The notes below the pieces were generated by a model. The model was not told the DNA's origin and searched no databases. It worked only from the letters and a program-made list of their open reading frames with translations. A DNA stretch of 64,000 bases from Octopus vulgaris (Eukaryota): the NCBI GenBank assembly GCA_951406725.2, contig OX597814.1, positions 69,564,001 through 69,628,000 of the forward strand. The letters are read 5' to 3'. Made by a program: the position numbers and the translations under genes. Positions within the stretch are counted from its first letter, which is position 1; each line of letters starts with the position of its first letter. Shown here piece after piece: positions 25,101 through 39,094 of this stretch.

Positions 25101-28100
25101 AATATCTTAATTCTCACAGACACATTGTCTCGCAATTCAGAACATTTCAAGTCTCTGATATTCATGCTATAGGACTTTGACAAACCTCTTCATTTCCATT
25201 TCTACTCTAATTAGATGGACTTGACATCTCGCTCCCCTTTTAGCCTTCTGATAAGATACTTTGCTACCATATATATAATATATATATATATATACACACA
25301 CACACATATATATACTAACTTCAGAAAACCTGCCAGTCACCTGTTCACCTACCAGTCTGGTGGACACACTAGTCAGACTGACTACATTCTCCACCATGAA
25401 ACAGGAATGATGGTTACTTAAAAATGCCAAAACCTTCCCAGGTGAAGAATGCACCCCATAACATAGGTTAGTAGTTAGCAACTTCAGGATCAGGACTAAA
25501 TTGAGGCCCTGAATATGACTGGCATGGAAAAGAAGGGTCTGGAAGCTTAAGGATCCCCTGAATGACAGAAATTTAGAGATGTTTAATCGAAGCTTTTGAC
25601 GAAAAAGAGGAGGATATAGCATCACATAATATGGAAGACAACTGGAGATTCCTACAGGACAACATGCTGAGGGCTACTGACCAGATCTGTCGATGGTGAA
25701 AAGTTCCCTCTCAACTTAAGGTAATGTGGTGGTGGAACAATGTAGTTGACAAGGCCATTAGGGAAAAAAAAAACAGGCGTGGAAAGACTGGAAGAACGGT
25801 GGTATCAGGGAACTGTATCAGATTACTAGAAGGGAAGCTAGGAGACAGGTTTACTTAGCCAGAGGGAAAGCAGATAAGAAAAAATTTGCCAATGTTCTAC
25901 ATCATGAGGACCAAAGACTTGAAGTGTTTCACGTTGCAAGACAGTGAAGGAGAGAAAATCATGATGTTATGACATGAGGGAGAGATGTGGAGATGCCACT
26001 ATGAAAGATTGCTAAATGAAGAGAATGAATGGGAGAAAGAGAGTCTGCCAAATATTGACTCAACAGAGGTTATCAGCTATCCGAATTGACAGTACCTTGG
26101 TAGATAAAGCAATTAAGGGTATGAAGACAGGAAAAGACCCTGGCCCATCAGGAATTCCTGCAGAGATGCTTAAAATATCTGGCAGTGTCAGCTGTAGTCT
26201 AGTCACCCATATAGTCAATCAGGTGATACATGAAGGAGTCATAACCAATGACTGGTGTAGCAGCACAATAGTCAACTGTTACAAAGATAAAGGTGAGGCA
26301 TGAGATATGAATAATTACAGAGGTATCAAGTTATTAGATCTGGTGATGAAAGTCATGGAGAGAGTTAATTTAGACGAGATGCAGTTTGAGTTTGTGCCAG
26401 GGAGAAGCTCCAATGCTATATTTCTGGTAAGACAGCTGCAGGAGAAAAACCAAGCCAAAGATAAACCTCTATAATTGGCTTTCATTGACATGGAAACTAG
26501 GGGTAGATGAGTGGTTAGTGAGAGCTGTACAAGTCATGTACCAGGAGGCTGTCATTAAGATGAAGGTTGGCAACGAGTATAGTAAAGAATTCCGGGTAGG
26601 GGTAGGGATCCAACAAGGATCAGTCCTCAGCCTCCTCTTATTCATCATAGTCTTCCAGACAATAACAGGATTTCAAGACAGGATGCCGCTAGGAGTTCCT
26701 CTATGCTGATGACCTTGCGCTAATAGCTGAGTCACTATCAGAACTAGAGGAGAAGTTTCAGGTGTGGAAGCAAGGTCTAGAATTGAAGATACTTAAGAGT
26801 AAATCTAGCAAAAACCAAAGTCTTAGTAAGTAGGAAGGCAGACAAATCACAAATCCCTTCAGGTAGATGGCCCTGCTCAATCTGTAGAAAAGGTGTAGGT
26901 AGAAACTCCATAAGATGTACCCAGTGTAGGGTATGGACACATAAAAGGTGCAGCAATATCAGAGGAAGGCTAACTGGGAAGTTAGTGTTTCATGTGGCAA
27001 TTGACTTCTCTGATACTTTCAAACCTACTTTCTTGCTATCACGATTAACAGAATCCTCTTGCTAGTTTGGGGTCCAGTTAAGACTTCCTGACGAACTCAG
27101 ATTTTAGATTTTACCTCTTTCTCTCCAAGCCTATCTTAATTATCAAATAATAAATATTATCGACACTTTCGTCTTGTTCCACTATGCCAGTCAAAACACA
27201 TCGCACAGCTTCCACACATGTGTTCCTTGACCATTTCTTCCCCCCCTCCTCCCCAACTAACCCTGTCCCTCTCCCTATGTCTTCTATATGCCCCCGTCTT
27301 CGATAACCACCATCGCCATATATAAACTAGCGATCGCAAATCACTAAGCCCACTCGCTTTCAACTCCACTACGAATGCACAGCTCATGAACGGCTAAAAG
27401 TTAAGATTTCTTCTTTCAACCTCGCTTCCTACTACCCTCTGCACGTATAATCACTATTCTTTCAGTTTCCTTCAATTTCTCTGCCACACGTATATGTGGC
27501 AGAGGTACAGGAGCAATAAATACTGAAAATGTGCAGAAAACAGCTTCCATCACATGACAGGGGAAAAAAGTAGAAATAGTTGACAGCTTCCATTACTTAG
27601 GTGACCAAGTCAGTAGCTGGAGAGTGTAGCTGCTAGAATAAGAATAGCCTGGACAAAGTTTAGAGAGCTACTAACTCTGCAGGTAACAAAGGGTCTCTTG
27701 CTCAGAGTGAAAGGTAGACTGTATGACACACGCGTATGAACTGCCATGCTACATGGCAGTGAAACATGGGCTGTGACAGCTGAGGACAAGCGTAGGCTTG
27801 CAAGAAATGAAGCTAGTATGCTCCACTGGGCGTGTAATGTCAGTGTGCATACACAACAGCGTGTAAGTGCTCTGAGAGAAAAGTTGGACATATGAAGCAT
27901 CAGGTGTGGTGTGCAAGAGAGACGACTGTGCTGGTGTGGTCATGTGCTGCGTATGGATGAGGAGAGCTGTGTGAAGAAGTATCACACTCTAACAGTGAAG
28001 GGAACCTGTGGAAGAGGTAGACCCAAGAAGACCTGGTATGAAGTGGTGAAGCATGACTTTCAAACGCTGGGCCTCACAGAGGCAATAACAAATGACTGAG

Positions 28101-29218
28101 ACCTGCGGAGATAGGCTGTGCTTGAGAAGACACAGCAAGCCAAGTGAGACCATAACCCTGGCCTATGCCAGTGTCACATAACCAGCCCATTTAAGAGTAC
28201 TCTTCAATCATTGGGCAATATACTGTGTTTGAGAAGACCTGTTGAGTCAAGAGAAATCATTGTTGTGGCCGGTGCCAGTACCACCTGACTGGCACCTGTG
28301 CTGGTGGCACATATAAAGCACCAAACGAATGTGGTTGATGCATTGCTGTCTGACCAGTCCCGTGCTGGTGTCATGTAAAAAGCACCATTTGAGTGTGTTT
28401 GTTACCAGTACTGCCTGACTGGCCCCTGTGCCGGTGGCATGTAAAAAGCACCCACTACACTCTCAGAGTGGTTGGCGTTAGGAAGGGCACCCTGTAGAAA
28501 CCTTGCCAGATCAGATTGGAGACTGGTGCAGCCTCCTGTCTTGTCAGTCCTTAGTCAAACCATCCAACCCATGCCAGCATGGAAAGCAGATGTTAAATGA
28601 TGATGATGATGATGATAACTATGGTGACTGGTACATCCTCAAAATTTATTTCCATTTATTTTACAGTATGTCATACAGCATATTTATGATGACCTAACTG
28701 TATAGGTTATTATAGCCATAACAATATGCTGTATGACATACTGTAAAATAAAAGGAAAAAAATTTTGAGGATGTACTTGTCTCCACATACTCACTATCAG
28801 TATAATTATTGTAAATCTACACTCCATATAATATTATAATCTAGTGAAGCAAACATAGAATTACCCATTGGAGGAATTTACTGTGTGAGTGACAATACCT
28901 AGTAGTCATAGACATTAAATACTAATCAATGAGGTTAGCCACAACCTGGAATATAACTGAGAGCTACCACAGTATCTACCTGGATAGTATATCCCTCTAA
29001 ACTTACATTAATATATATATATTTTAATACTAGCACATCTGTTGAAAGTTTTATTAATGATAGAAAATGGTGCACTAAAACAAGACAAACCATTGATAGA
29101 TGTCAGTAATTGAGTAAGTATATGTATAAACACAGAATTGAAGCATATGAGTAATTAGATATAGTTGTAATGACTTGGTTGAAAATATTATTGTCCATGT
29201 AATATATATGTATATATA

Positions 29219-29253
<35 letters not shown>

Positions 29254-32200
29254 TTTCAACTCCACTACGAATGCACAGCTCATGAACGGCTAAAAGTTAA
29301 GATTTCTTTTTTCAACCTCGCTTCCTACTACCCTCTGCACGTATAATCACTATTCTTTCAGTTTCCTTCAATTTCTCTCTCATATTTTCCTTTCAGTACC
29401 CTCTATTCATATTTTCTTTCAGTTTTCAACATACCATTCATGTAATGTTTTTCGTTTAGTCTTGTCTCGTCTCCCTATTTGCTCCCGTTTCATAGCCACT
29501 CATCGTCTCCCTAAAAATTGACTTCTCTGATACTTTCAAACCTACTTTCTTGCTATCACGATTAACAGAATCCTCTTGCTAGTTTGGGGTTGACCCGCCC
29601 ACCCACACTCTACACACATGCCGGAAGTTCCTATTCTTTTCATCCCTGGGTTGCTTCCCTTGAAGACTGCAAATGCTCTTTCACCATCCCTACCCCTAGT
29701 TTCGACCTAGGTAAGGTAATGATCATACAGTGCAAAATATGAATGGGTAGTGTTATGCAGGTTGAATTGAAGGCTAATGTATTACTTGCTCATGAATTCT
29801 GCCAAATGCGAGCTTTCTTTTCAGGTACATGAAGCTACTGTCCACCGATGCAGGGTCTCTAGGGCCCATACCTCCCACACCCTCAGGGTTGGCACCCTCA
29901 ACGTTGGCACACTGAAAGGTAGGTCTGGCGAGATAGTTGAGATGCTTGAACGGAGACGTGTGGATATATGTTGCATGCAAGAAGTAAGGTGGAGAGGAGG
30001 TTCTGCTAGGTTCCTCACAGGCAAGGAACACAGGTACAAGATTTTCTGGGCAGGGAACACTGACGGGGTTGGAGGCGTGGGTATACTTATCGCTGAGAAA
30101 TGGGTAGATAAAGTAATTGAGGTAATCAGAGTATGCGACAGAATACTTAAGATTAGATTAGCGCTTCATCATAGTTTAGCAACCATTATATCAACCTATG
30201 CTCCTCAGTCGGGGCTACCTGATGGACAGAAAGACCGATTCTATGACACTCTACTGTAGACAACCTCGTTGACGAACGACAGAGACCTTCTCTTTGTGGC
30301 TGGTGACTTCAATGGTCACGTTGGATGACATGCTGGGGGCTTCCACGGCGTACATGGAGGCTATGGCTCTGGTTCCCGCAACGAGGAGGGAACCAGGCTG
30401 CTGGAGTTCTGCGATGCAAATAATCTTATGATTTGCAACACTAACTTCAGGAAACCTACCAGCCACCTAGTCACCTACCGATCAGGCCAACATACCAGCC
30501 AAATTGACTACATCCTTGCCAGGCAAAGGGAGAGATGGCTACTTATAAATGCCAAAACCTTCCCAGGCGAAGAATGCACCCCACAACATAGACTGGTAGT
30601 TAGTGACTTTAGGATCAGGAGTAGGAGGACAACCAGAAGACGACCAACATGGAGAAGAAGGATCTGGAAGCTTAAGGATCCTGTGAATGGACAGAGATTT
30701 AGAGACATGTTACTTGAAGCCTTTGACGAAGTAGAAGGGGATAGAGTATCACATGGGGTAGAGGACAACTGGACGTTTCTAAGGGACAACCTGCTGAGAG
30801 CCACTGACCAGATCTGTGGCTGGTGCAAAGTCCCCTCTCATCCCAAGGTAACGTGGTGGTGGAACAGTGTCGTAGACAGGGCTATTAGAGAAAAGAGACA
30901 GACTTGGAAGCACTGGAAGAATGGTGGTAGCAGGGAATTGTATCAGACTGCTAAAAAGGAAGCTAGGAGACAGGTCTATCTAGCCAGAGGGGAAGCAGAT
31001 AAGAAAAAATTTGCCAATGTTCTGCGCCGTGAGGACCAAAGACTGGAGGTGTTTCGCGTTGCAAGACAGTGTGTGAGAGAGAATTGTGATGTGGTGGGAG
31101 AGAAGTGTGTTCGCATGGAAGATGGTTCACTTGCGCTAAACGAGGAGAAAGAAGAGGCTTGAAGCTTAAGGTTGCTGTGAAAGACAGAGATTTAGAGACA
31201 TGTGAAGCCTTTGAGGGACCAGTATCAGGATAGTTCTTAGTACCAACAGAACTGAAGAAGGGAAAGCCAGGATCAGATATCACTGCAGAGATGCTCAAAA
31301 TATCTGGTAGTGTGGTTAACAGTCGTATAGACAGGTGCATGAAGAGAAAGAAGAAGACTTGGAAGCACTGGAAGAATGTGGTAGCAGTTGATCAGATACA
31401 TAAAAAGGTAAGCTGTTGAGACAGATCTATTAGCCAGAGGGGTATAAGAAAATTAGAGAATTGCAATGTTTGGTTTCCGTGCCAGGAAAAGACTGATGCT
31501 ATTTCCTGGTAAGGCATGCAGGAGAAATACAGTGAAGAGGTAATTGTGACAGAGGTGACAGGGTGATCCCTCATATGGTGGTCAATGAGGAAACTAGGAA
31601 TAGATGAATGGTTAGTGAGAGCTGTGCAAGCCATGTACAGGGACGCTGCTAGTAAGGTGAGGATTGGCAATGAGTACAGTGAAGAATTCCGGGTAGAGGT
31701 AGGGGTCCACCAAGGCTCAGTCCTCAGCCCCCTCCTATTTATCATAGTCCTCCAGGCAATAACGGAGGAATTCAAGACAGGATGCCCCTGGGAGCTCCTC
31801 TATGCTGATGACCTTGCTCTAATTGCTGAGTCATTATCAGAACTGGAGAAGAAGTTTCAGGTGTGGAAGCATGGTTTAGAATCGAAGGGCCTTAGAGTCA
31901 ACCTAACTAAAACCAAAGTCCTAATAAGTAGGAAGGTAGACAAATCACAAACGCCTTCAGGTAGATGGCCCTGCTCGATCTGTAGAAAAGGTGTAGGTAG
32001 AAACTCTATAAGATGCACCAAGTGTAAGCTATGGACACATAAGAGGTGCAGCAATGTCATAGGAAGGCTAACTAGGAAGATGGTTTTTGTATGTGGCAGA
32101 TGCTCGGGAGCATTAACCTCTGAAAATCTGCAGAAAACAACTTCCGTCACTTTCCAGGGGGAAAACTAGAAGTAGTTGATAGCTTCCGTTATCTTGGTGA

Positions 32201-34186
32201 CCAAGTCAGTAGTGGGGGTGGGTGTGCTGAAAGTGTAACGGCTAGAGTAAGAATAGCCTGGGCAAAGTTTAGGGAGCTCTTACCTCTGTTGGTGACTAAA
32301 GGCCTCTCGCTCAGAGTAAAAGGCAGACTGTATGATGCATGTGTACGAACAGCCATGCTACATGGCAGTGAAACATGGGCTGTGACTGCTGAGGACATGC
32401 GTAAGCTCGCGAGAAATGAAGCTAGTATGCTCCGTTGGATGTGTAATGTCAGTGTTCATAGTCGACAGAGTGTAAGTACCTTGAGAGAAAAGTTGGACCT
32501 AAGAGGAATCAGATGTTGTGTGCAAGAGAGACGTTTGTGCTGGTATGGTCATGTGGTGAGAATGGATGAAGATAGGTGTGTGAAAAAGTGCCACACCCTG
32601 GCAGTTGAGGGGGCCTGTGGAAGAGGTAGACCCAGGAAAACCTGGGTCGAGGTGGTGAAGCACAACCTTCGAACTCTAGGTCTCACCAAGGAAATGACCA
32701 GAGACCGAGACCTATGGAAGTATGGTGTGCGTGAGAAGACCCGGCAAAACCAGTGAGAACAATCAAAATCAAATCATATATCAGAAAGCAGGGGTTAAGT
32801 GACCCATCCGTTCGTGTCCGCTGTCAGCCTCGTCTGGCACCCGTGCCGGTGATACGTAAAAGCACCATTCGCTCGTGGCCGTTTGCCAGCTCTGCCTGGC
32901 CCCGTGTTGGTGGCACGTAAAAGCACCATCCGTTCGTGTTCGTTGCCAGCCTCGCCTGGCCCCATGCCGGTGACACGTAAAAGCACCGTCCGTTCGTGAC
33001 CGTTTGCCAGCTCTGTCTGGCCCCATGTCGGTGGCACGTAAAAGCACCATCCGTTCGTGGCCGTTTGCCAGCTCTGTCTGGCCCCGTGTCAGTGGCACGT
33101 AAAAGCACCATCAGTTCGTGTCCGTTGCCAGCCTCGGCTGGCCCCCGTGCCGGTGACACATAAAAGCACCATCCGTTCATGGCCGTTTGCCAGCTCCATC
33201 TGGCCCCGTGTCGGTGGCACGTAAAAGCACGATCCGTTCGTGTCCGTTGCCAGCATCGCCTGGCCCCGTGCTGGTGACACGTAAGAGCACCACCCTGGCA
33301 GTTGAGGGGGCCTGTGGAAGAGGTAGACCCAGGAAAACGGTGGTGAAGCACAACCTTCGAACTCTAGGTCTCACCAAGTGACCAGAGACCGAGACCTATG
33401 GAAGTATGGTGTGCGTGAGAAGACCCGGCAAAACCAGTGGAACAATCAAAATCAAATCATATATCAGAAAGCAGGGGGTTAAGTGACCCATCCGTTCGTG
33501 TCCGCTGTCAGCCTCGTCTGGCACCCGTGCCGGTGATACGTAAAAGCACCATTCGCTCGTGGCCGTTTGCCAGCTCTGCCTGGCCCCGTGTTGGTGGCAC
33601 GTAAAAGCACCATCCGTTCGTGTTCGTTGCCAGCCTCGCCTGGCCCCATCTGACACATACACATTAAAGCATCCGTCCGTTCCCTATCCTTTCCATCCCA
33701 CCCCACCCATCACTTATACCTCTCCCCACATACTCCATATATCTACCCCTACCCTCGTGACTAGCGCACATACCCCACCTCTAGGCACGTAAAAGCACCA
33801 TCAGTTCGTGCTTTCCCCACTCTCACCTCCCCACCTCCCCTTGACACCATCAACACCACCATCTACAACACATCCACACAACACATCACATGCACACACA
33901 CTAACCAGGTATGGCCATTTGTCTCGATCTGTACCAAAAGCGACACATAACCAGCACCATCCGTTCGTGGTCGTTCGCCAGCTCTGTCTGGCACCTGTGC
34001 AGGTGGCACGTAAAAAACACCCACTACACTCGCGGAGTGGTTGGCGTTAGGAAGGGCATCCAGCCGTAGAAACACTGCCAGATCTGACTGGGCCTGACGA
34101 AGCCTTCCAGCTTCACAGACCCCAGTTGACCCGTCCAACCCATGCTAGCATGGAAAGCGGACGCTAAACGATGATGATGATGATTA

Positions 34187-34255
<69 letters not shown>

Positions 34256-34802
34256 TATATCCCACCCACCTCTCCTCTCTTGCTCCAACTCCTACTTCTC
34301 TTCACCCCAACCCTCTTTCGCTTCTCTACTCTCTTTCTCACCCCTATTCTCTTCACTCCTACTTCTCTTCACCCCCTCTCTTCTCTCTTACTGTATTTCT
34401 CTCTTCTCTCATACCCACCTTCCTCTTCCTCCTTCATCATCACCCCTCCCCCATAAACCCATCCCACCATACACATTCCTATCCCACCTTCCCTATCCTT
34501 TCCATCCCACCCCACCCATCACTTATACCCTCTCCCACATACTCCACATCTACCCCTACCCTGACTACGCACATACCCCACCTCTACTACGCCTAACCCA
34601 CACATACCCCACCTCTACCCTAACACTCAGCCTAACCCACACCACAGCCAGTTTCAACCATACCACACAACACATCACATCACAACACACCACCATGCAC
34701 ACACCAGCACTACTGAGCGTTATACTAATACAGCTGTTTGTTTTCTACACCACCTGTCTTCATCTTTTATTTTTTTCTTGTTTCTTTCTGTGAATTCTCC
34801 CC

Positions 34803-34856
<54 letters not shown>

Positions 34857-37800
34857 ATAAATCAATAAATAATGTAGATTTTTCAGTTGCATGAACTAAA
34901 AGTCGGAGGGGAATGGGATAAACAGCCTGCACTAACTTGCTATAAGAGAAGGTAGTGATTTTACCTTGACCTTATTCTTAGTGCAACTTTTGAAGAATGC
35001 AGTTCGATTTTAACAGTTACATGTTTCAAAGCTATAATGGAAGTGACAAAGGAGAATATTTGGCATATTTTGCTTTATGAATTCAATAAAGGCAACAACA
35101 CAACGGAAAGTGCGAGAAATATTAATGCAGTATATAGGGATCAAACAATAAGTAGTGTAAGCTAGTGTCACTGGTGGTTCCAGAAATTCTGAGCTGGAAA
35201 CTACAGCCTAGAAACATCATCCTAAGATCTGAAGACAGCTCGACCATCATCCTAAAGCTTGGTGGAAGAAAAATCTGGAAAGCAGAGAAGCTTATCAAAC
35301 CATTCATCACACTCAGAGACATGCTTTCAGAAAGTGAACCAACACCTCCTTAGACATACATAAAAATTGTCACATATCCTACGCAGAGAATTAACTCTTG
35401 GTGTCATGTTCTCATAATGCCTCTTTCACTGCACTAACAGATACTATTGAGAAATTTCTCTATTAATATGTCAACAGAAGACAAAGAGTGGGTCATAAAA
35501 AAAACATTTTGTGTGACAATAAAGTGGCAATGAAACAAGTATAGGATATGAAAGGTGTGAGTGAACAAACCAAATGATAACAAAGGATCTACTGTGAGCA
35601 GCTTCACTAGGCTTAAGTCAGTGCTAGAAGAAAAACTACTGTATCTAGTTTCAACACAAAAGGTGTTCTTCCATCAGAATAATGCTTGGCTACATGACAT
35701 TCCAAAGGCTGGAGCAGTTTCAATGGGAGAAGATGCCCCATCCACCATATTGAATGGACATTTCCCCATCTGATTATCATTTATTCTGCAGTCTTCAAAA
35801 TCATTTGGACAGGAAAAATATGAATTCTGTAGACGAGATCAGAACAATACTGGAGGAGTATTTTTCATCACAGACAAGTGAAATTTGGAAGAGGGGCATT
35901 ATACGCTAGAAGAAGCAGTCAAAACGACCAAAACCACATTTAATAGCAATTTTCAAAGGGAATGAAAAATAAAAACTTTTACCTTGTTATTTTTTGCGGT
36001 TATACCTAGGTTTCAAATTTCTTTAGCAAATAAAATAATCTACAAGGCGAATTCTCATCAGTAACCGGCCTTAACAACTAACTTATAATTCAGAGACAAG
36101 TAACACGTGTCTCATCTTTATATGTTATAATTTTTCAAAATTCAGCATGCAAGTGCAGTTTCAGTCGGCAGTAGATGGATAATGCCGAGCTGATTCTTTG
36201 AAAACGCTAAAATCATATCCGTAAGCATTTTAGAAGAATCAGCTCAGCATTATCCATCTACTGCCAAATGAAACTGCACTTGCATGCTGAATTTTGAAAA
36301 ATTATAACATATAAAGATGAGACACATGTTATTTGTCTCTGAATTATAAGTTAGTTGTTAAGGCATGGTTACTGATGAGAATTCGCCTTGCAGATTATTT
36401 TATTTGCTAAAGAAACTTCTATCTAATTATACATATTCTCCTTGAGCATAAATCAGAGCCATACATCAAATTGAAGACTACATTTGTCTCCTATTACAAA
36501 TTTGGCTTCAAAGACAACAGAAAAATACTTATACATACAATCATTTTTCTAGTCATCAATATACCAAAACGACCAACATATTAATAGCAATTTTCAAATT
36601 AAAATTTTAACTAACATATCTTTGCAAGAAAAGATCCCCATTAACAATAAAGATATAACAAAGAAAATACACATATAAATTAAATCATTGCTTTATATAA
36701 TAGAAAGAAAATGTAGTGCAAAACACACAAGATCACATAGATAAAATATGAATCCCTATGCCATAAAACAAAAGTCTTTTGACTGCAAAGCACACATCTA
36801 TTTGTATTGAATTATAACATTAAAGTTATCACAGCTATATATTTATTGACACTTACAGACATACAAAAAATTACACATCCTATCCTTTTAGACACTGCAA
36901 ACTAATCATCTACAAATTGAAAAAAACAGACTCACAAATAATATAGGCACTAAACAGAGACCAAAACACGTATAAAACAAGAAGACAAAGTGATAATCAT
37001 TTCACCTCCTACATTCATGCACTAGGAAAACAACCAGTAAGTATACAGAGAACAACCACAAGACCATATAGGCTAACACTGAGGTACAGTCTAGATTGCT
37101 TCATTGTACTAAAATCTAATAAAAATAGTATTTTAATATAACTGGAAAAATACCTTTTGTTTTGTTAAGTCATTAAAATTATATAACTAGAATTAAAATT
37201 TTTGTTCCCAATATGTAGAGCTGCAATAATGTTATATTGTAGCAGGAAATTGAGCTGAATATCAAAAGCATCACAGCTTATTTCAGAAAGAAGCTTAATA
37301 AAATAGCTGCAAAATAGCTTCTAAAATTCTAGGTGAATTTGAAGTACAGAGACAACTCCATTCTCATTTCCATTCTCCAGCCAAATAGACAAATTGCTAT
37401 CATGAATTTAGTACAATACTTCTCCAGTTGTGACAGCATAGTCATAGAGCCATACATACCAGCTGTTCTGTCATAGACTACAGAGTTTGTCTCTCCCAGG
37501 GTGTATAAACTGTTGTTTGTATTTTTCATTCAAAGACCAACATAGAAAATACTATGTGCAGTAAATAAAGTTGCTGTTAACTGTTGTTCATGAGTGTTGT
37601 TCATCATTTATATGCAGCCAACAAGCCAACAATATTAACTTGCAATTTTCCAAATTCAAAATTATTCACACTAATCTTTTTTCATATTTTTCCTCTCTGC
37701 CAAGAAAAGATCCCCATTAACAATAATTAGATATAACAAAGAAAATACACATATAAATTAATAGTTGTTCAGATTGCTTTATAGGTAGATAGAAAGAAAA

Positions 37801-38967
37801 TTGTGGAGTGTCCAAGTAACACTTACTGCGAGTGGGTCATTTCCAGTAGATAAAATATCAAGAAGGTCACTGGATGAGACAAAATAAAATCGAGGGAAAG
37901 CTAAGCGTTTTGTCTCCAAATATTCTGCTAAAGCTTTTTCGCACTTCACCAGTTCTTTCTGTATTGATTCTAAGCGTTGATATAAATTTGGCTGATCTAT
38001 TGCTTGGATTACATTTTTGGTAACCTCAACTTCAGAAACCATTTGCTATAAAGATTCAGACAGAAATGAACAAAAAATAGTTAATTATGTATCTCTCTAT
38101 ATATAAATGCAGAAACTCTAAGACAAACACTGAAAAAAACATGTATATTGCATAATATTTATTTTGTGAAATAAACAGCCAGATTTCCACCAAACCACAC
38201 CCTGTCATTAAAAGAAGAAAGTGAACAAAGTGAAAATGGTAATCTTTCTCTCATCTCTCTTTCTCTCACCGAGTTTCTATCTTGAATAGTGGAAAAGAGG
38301 GGAATAGATAGTGAGAGACACAGAAGACACACAGACAGACATAGCTAGCTAGCTATCTGGTCATCCCATAAGCTCTGCTTGATTTTACCTTTTTTAAAAT
38401 TGAATGAAATTTAATAGTATTTTAGAATGTCTAATGGAATTAAAAATTATTTTTATGCATTTGTGTACATTTAATGTAATTAAATATTATTTTACAGAAT
38501 AATAGAATTAAAATTTCCTTGATTAAAACCCTTTCTAATATGGAAGTATCCAAAGAGCATTTAAGGCACATAATGCTTTATGAGTACAAAAAAGGAAACT
38601 CTGCAGCCGAAGTGACTCAAAACATACACTCTGTTTATGGGAAAGAATGCTTGAATGAAAGAACTTGCAGAAGATACTTTGCAAAATTCAGAAGTGGAGA
38701 TTTCAGCCTTGAAGATGAAGAGTGAACAGGACGTCAAGTTGAGTTTGATGATAAGCTCCTTGAGGCATTACTTGAAGAAAATCCTGCATTATCAGTTGAA
38801 AAATTGGCAATAAAGCTTAGTTCAAACCATACAACTGTTCATCGTCATTTTCAACAATTTGGAAAGGTTCCTAAACTTGGAAAATGGGTGTCTCATGAAT
38901 TGTCCGAAAGCAACAAACCACAACATCTCTCTCTCTCCAAAAACACACCACCCACAAAAAAAAAATC

Positions 38968-39022
<55 letters not shown>

Positions 39023-39062
39023 AAAAAAAAAACAAAAATCAAAACAACAAACAAAACAAAAC

Positions 39063-39094
<32 letters not shown>

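Noticed and set aside
32800-33290. Hairpin-containing ~61-bp repeat arrays resembling a CRISPR array
   Set aside because: Units are wholly repeated with no unique spacers, there are no cas genes, and the array is the 3' UTR of a LINE.
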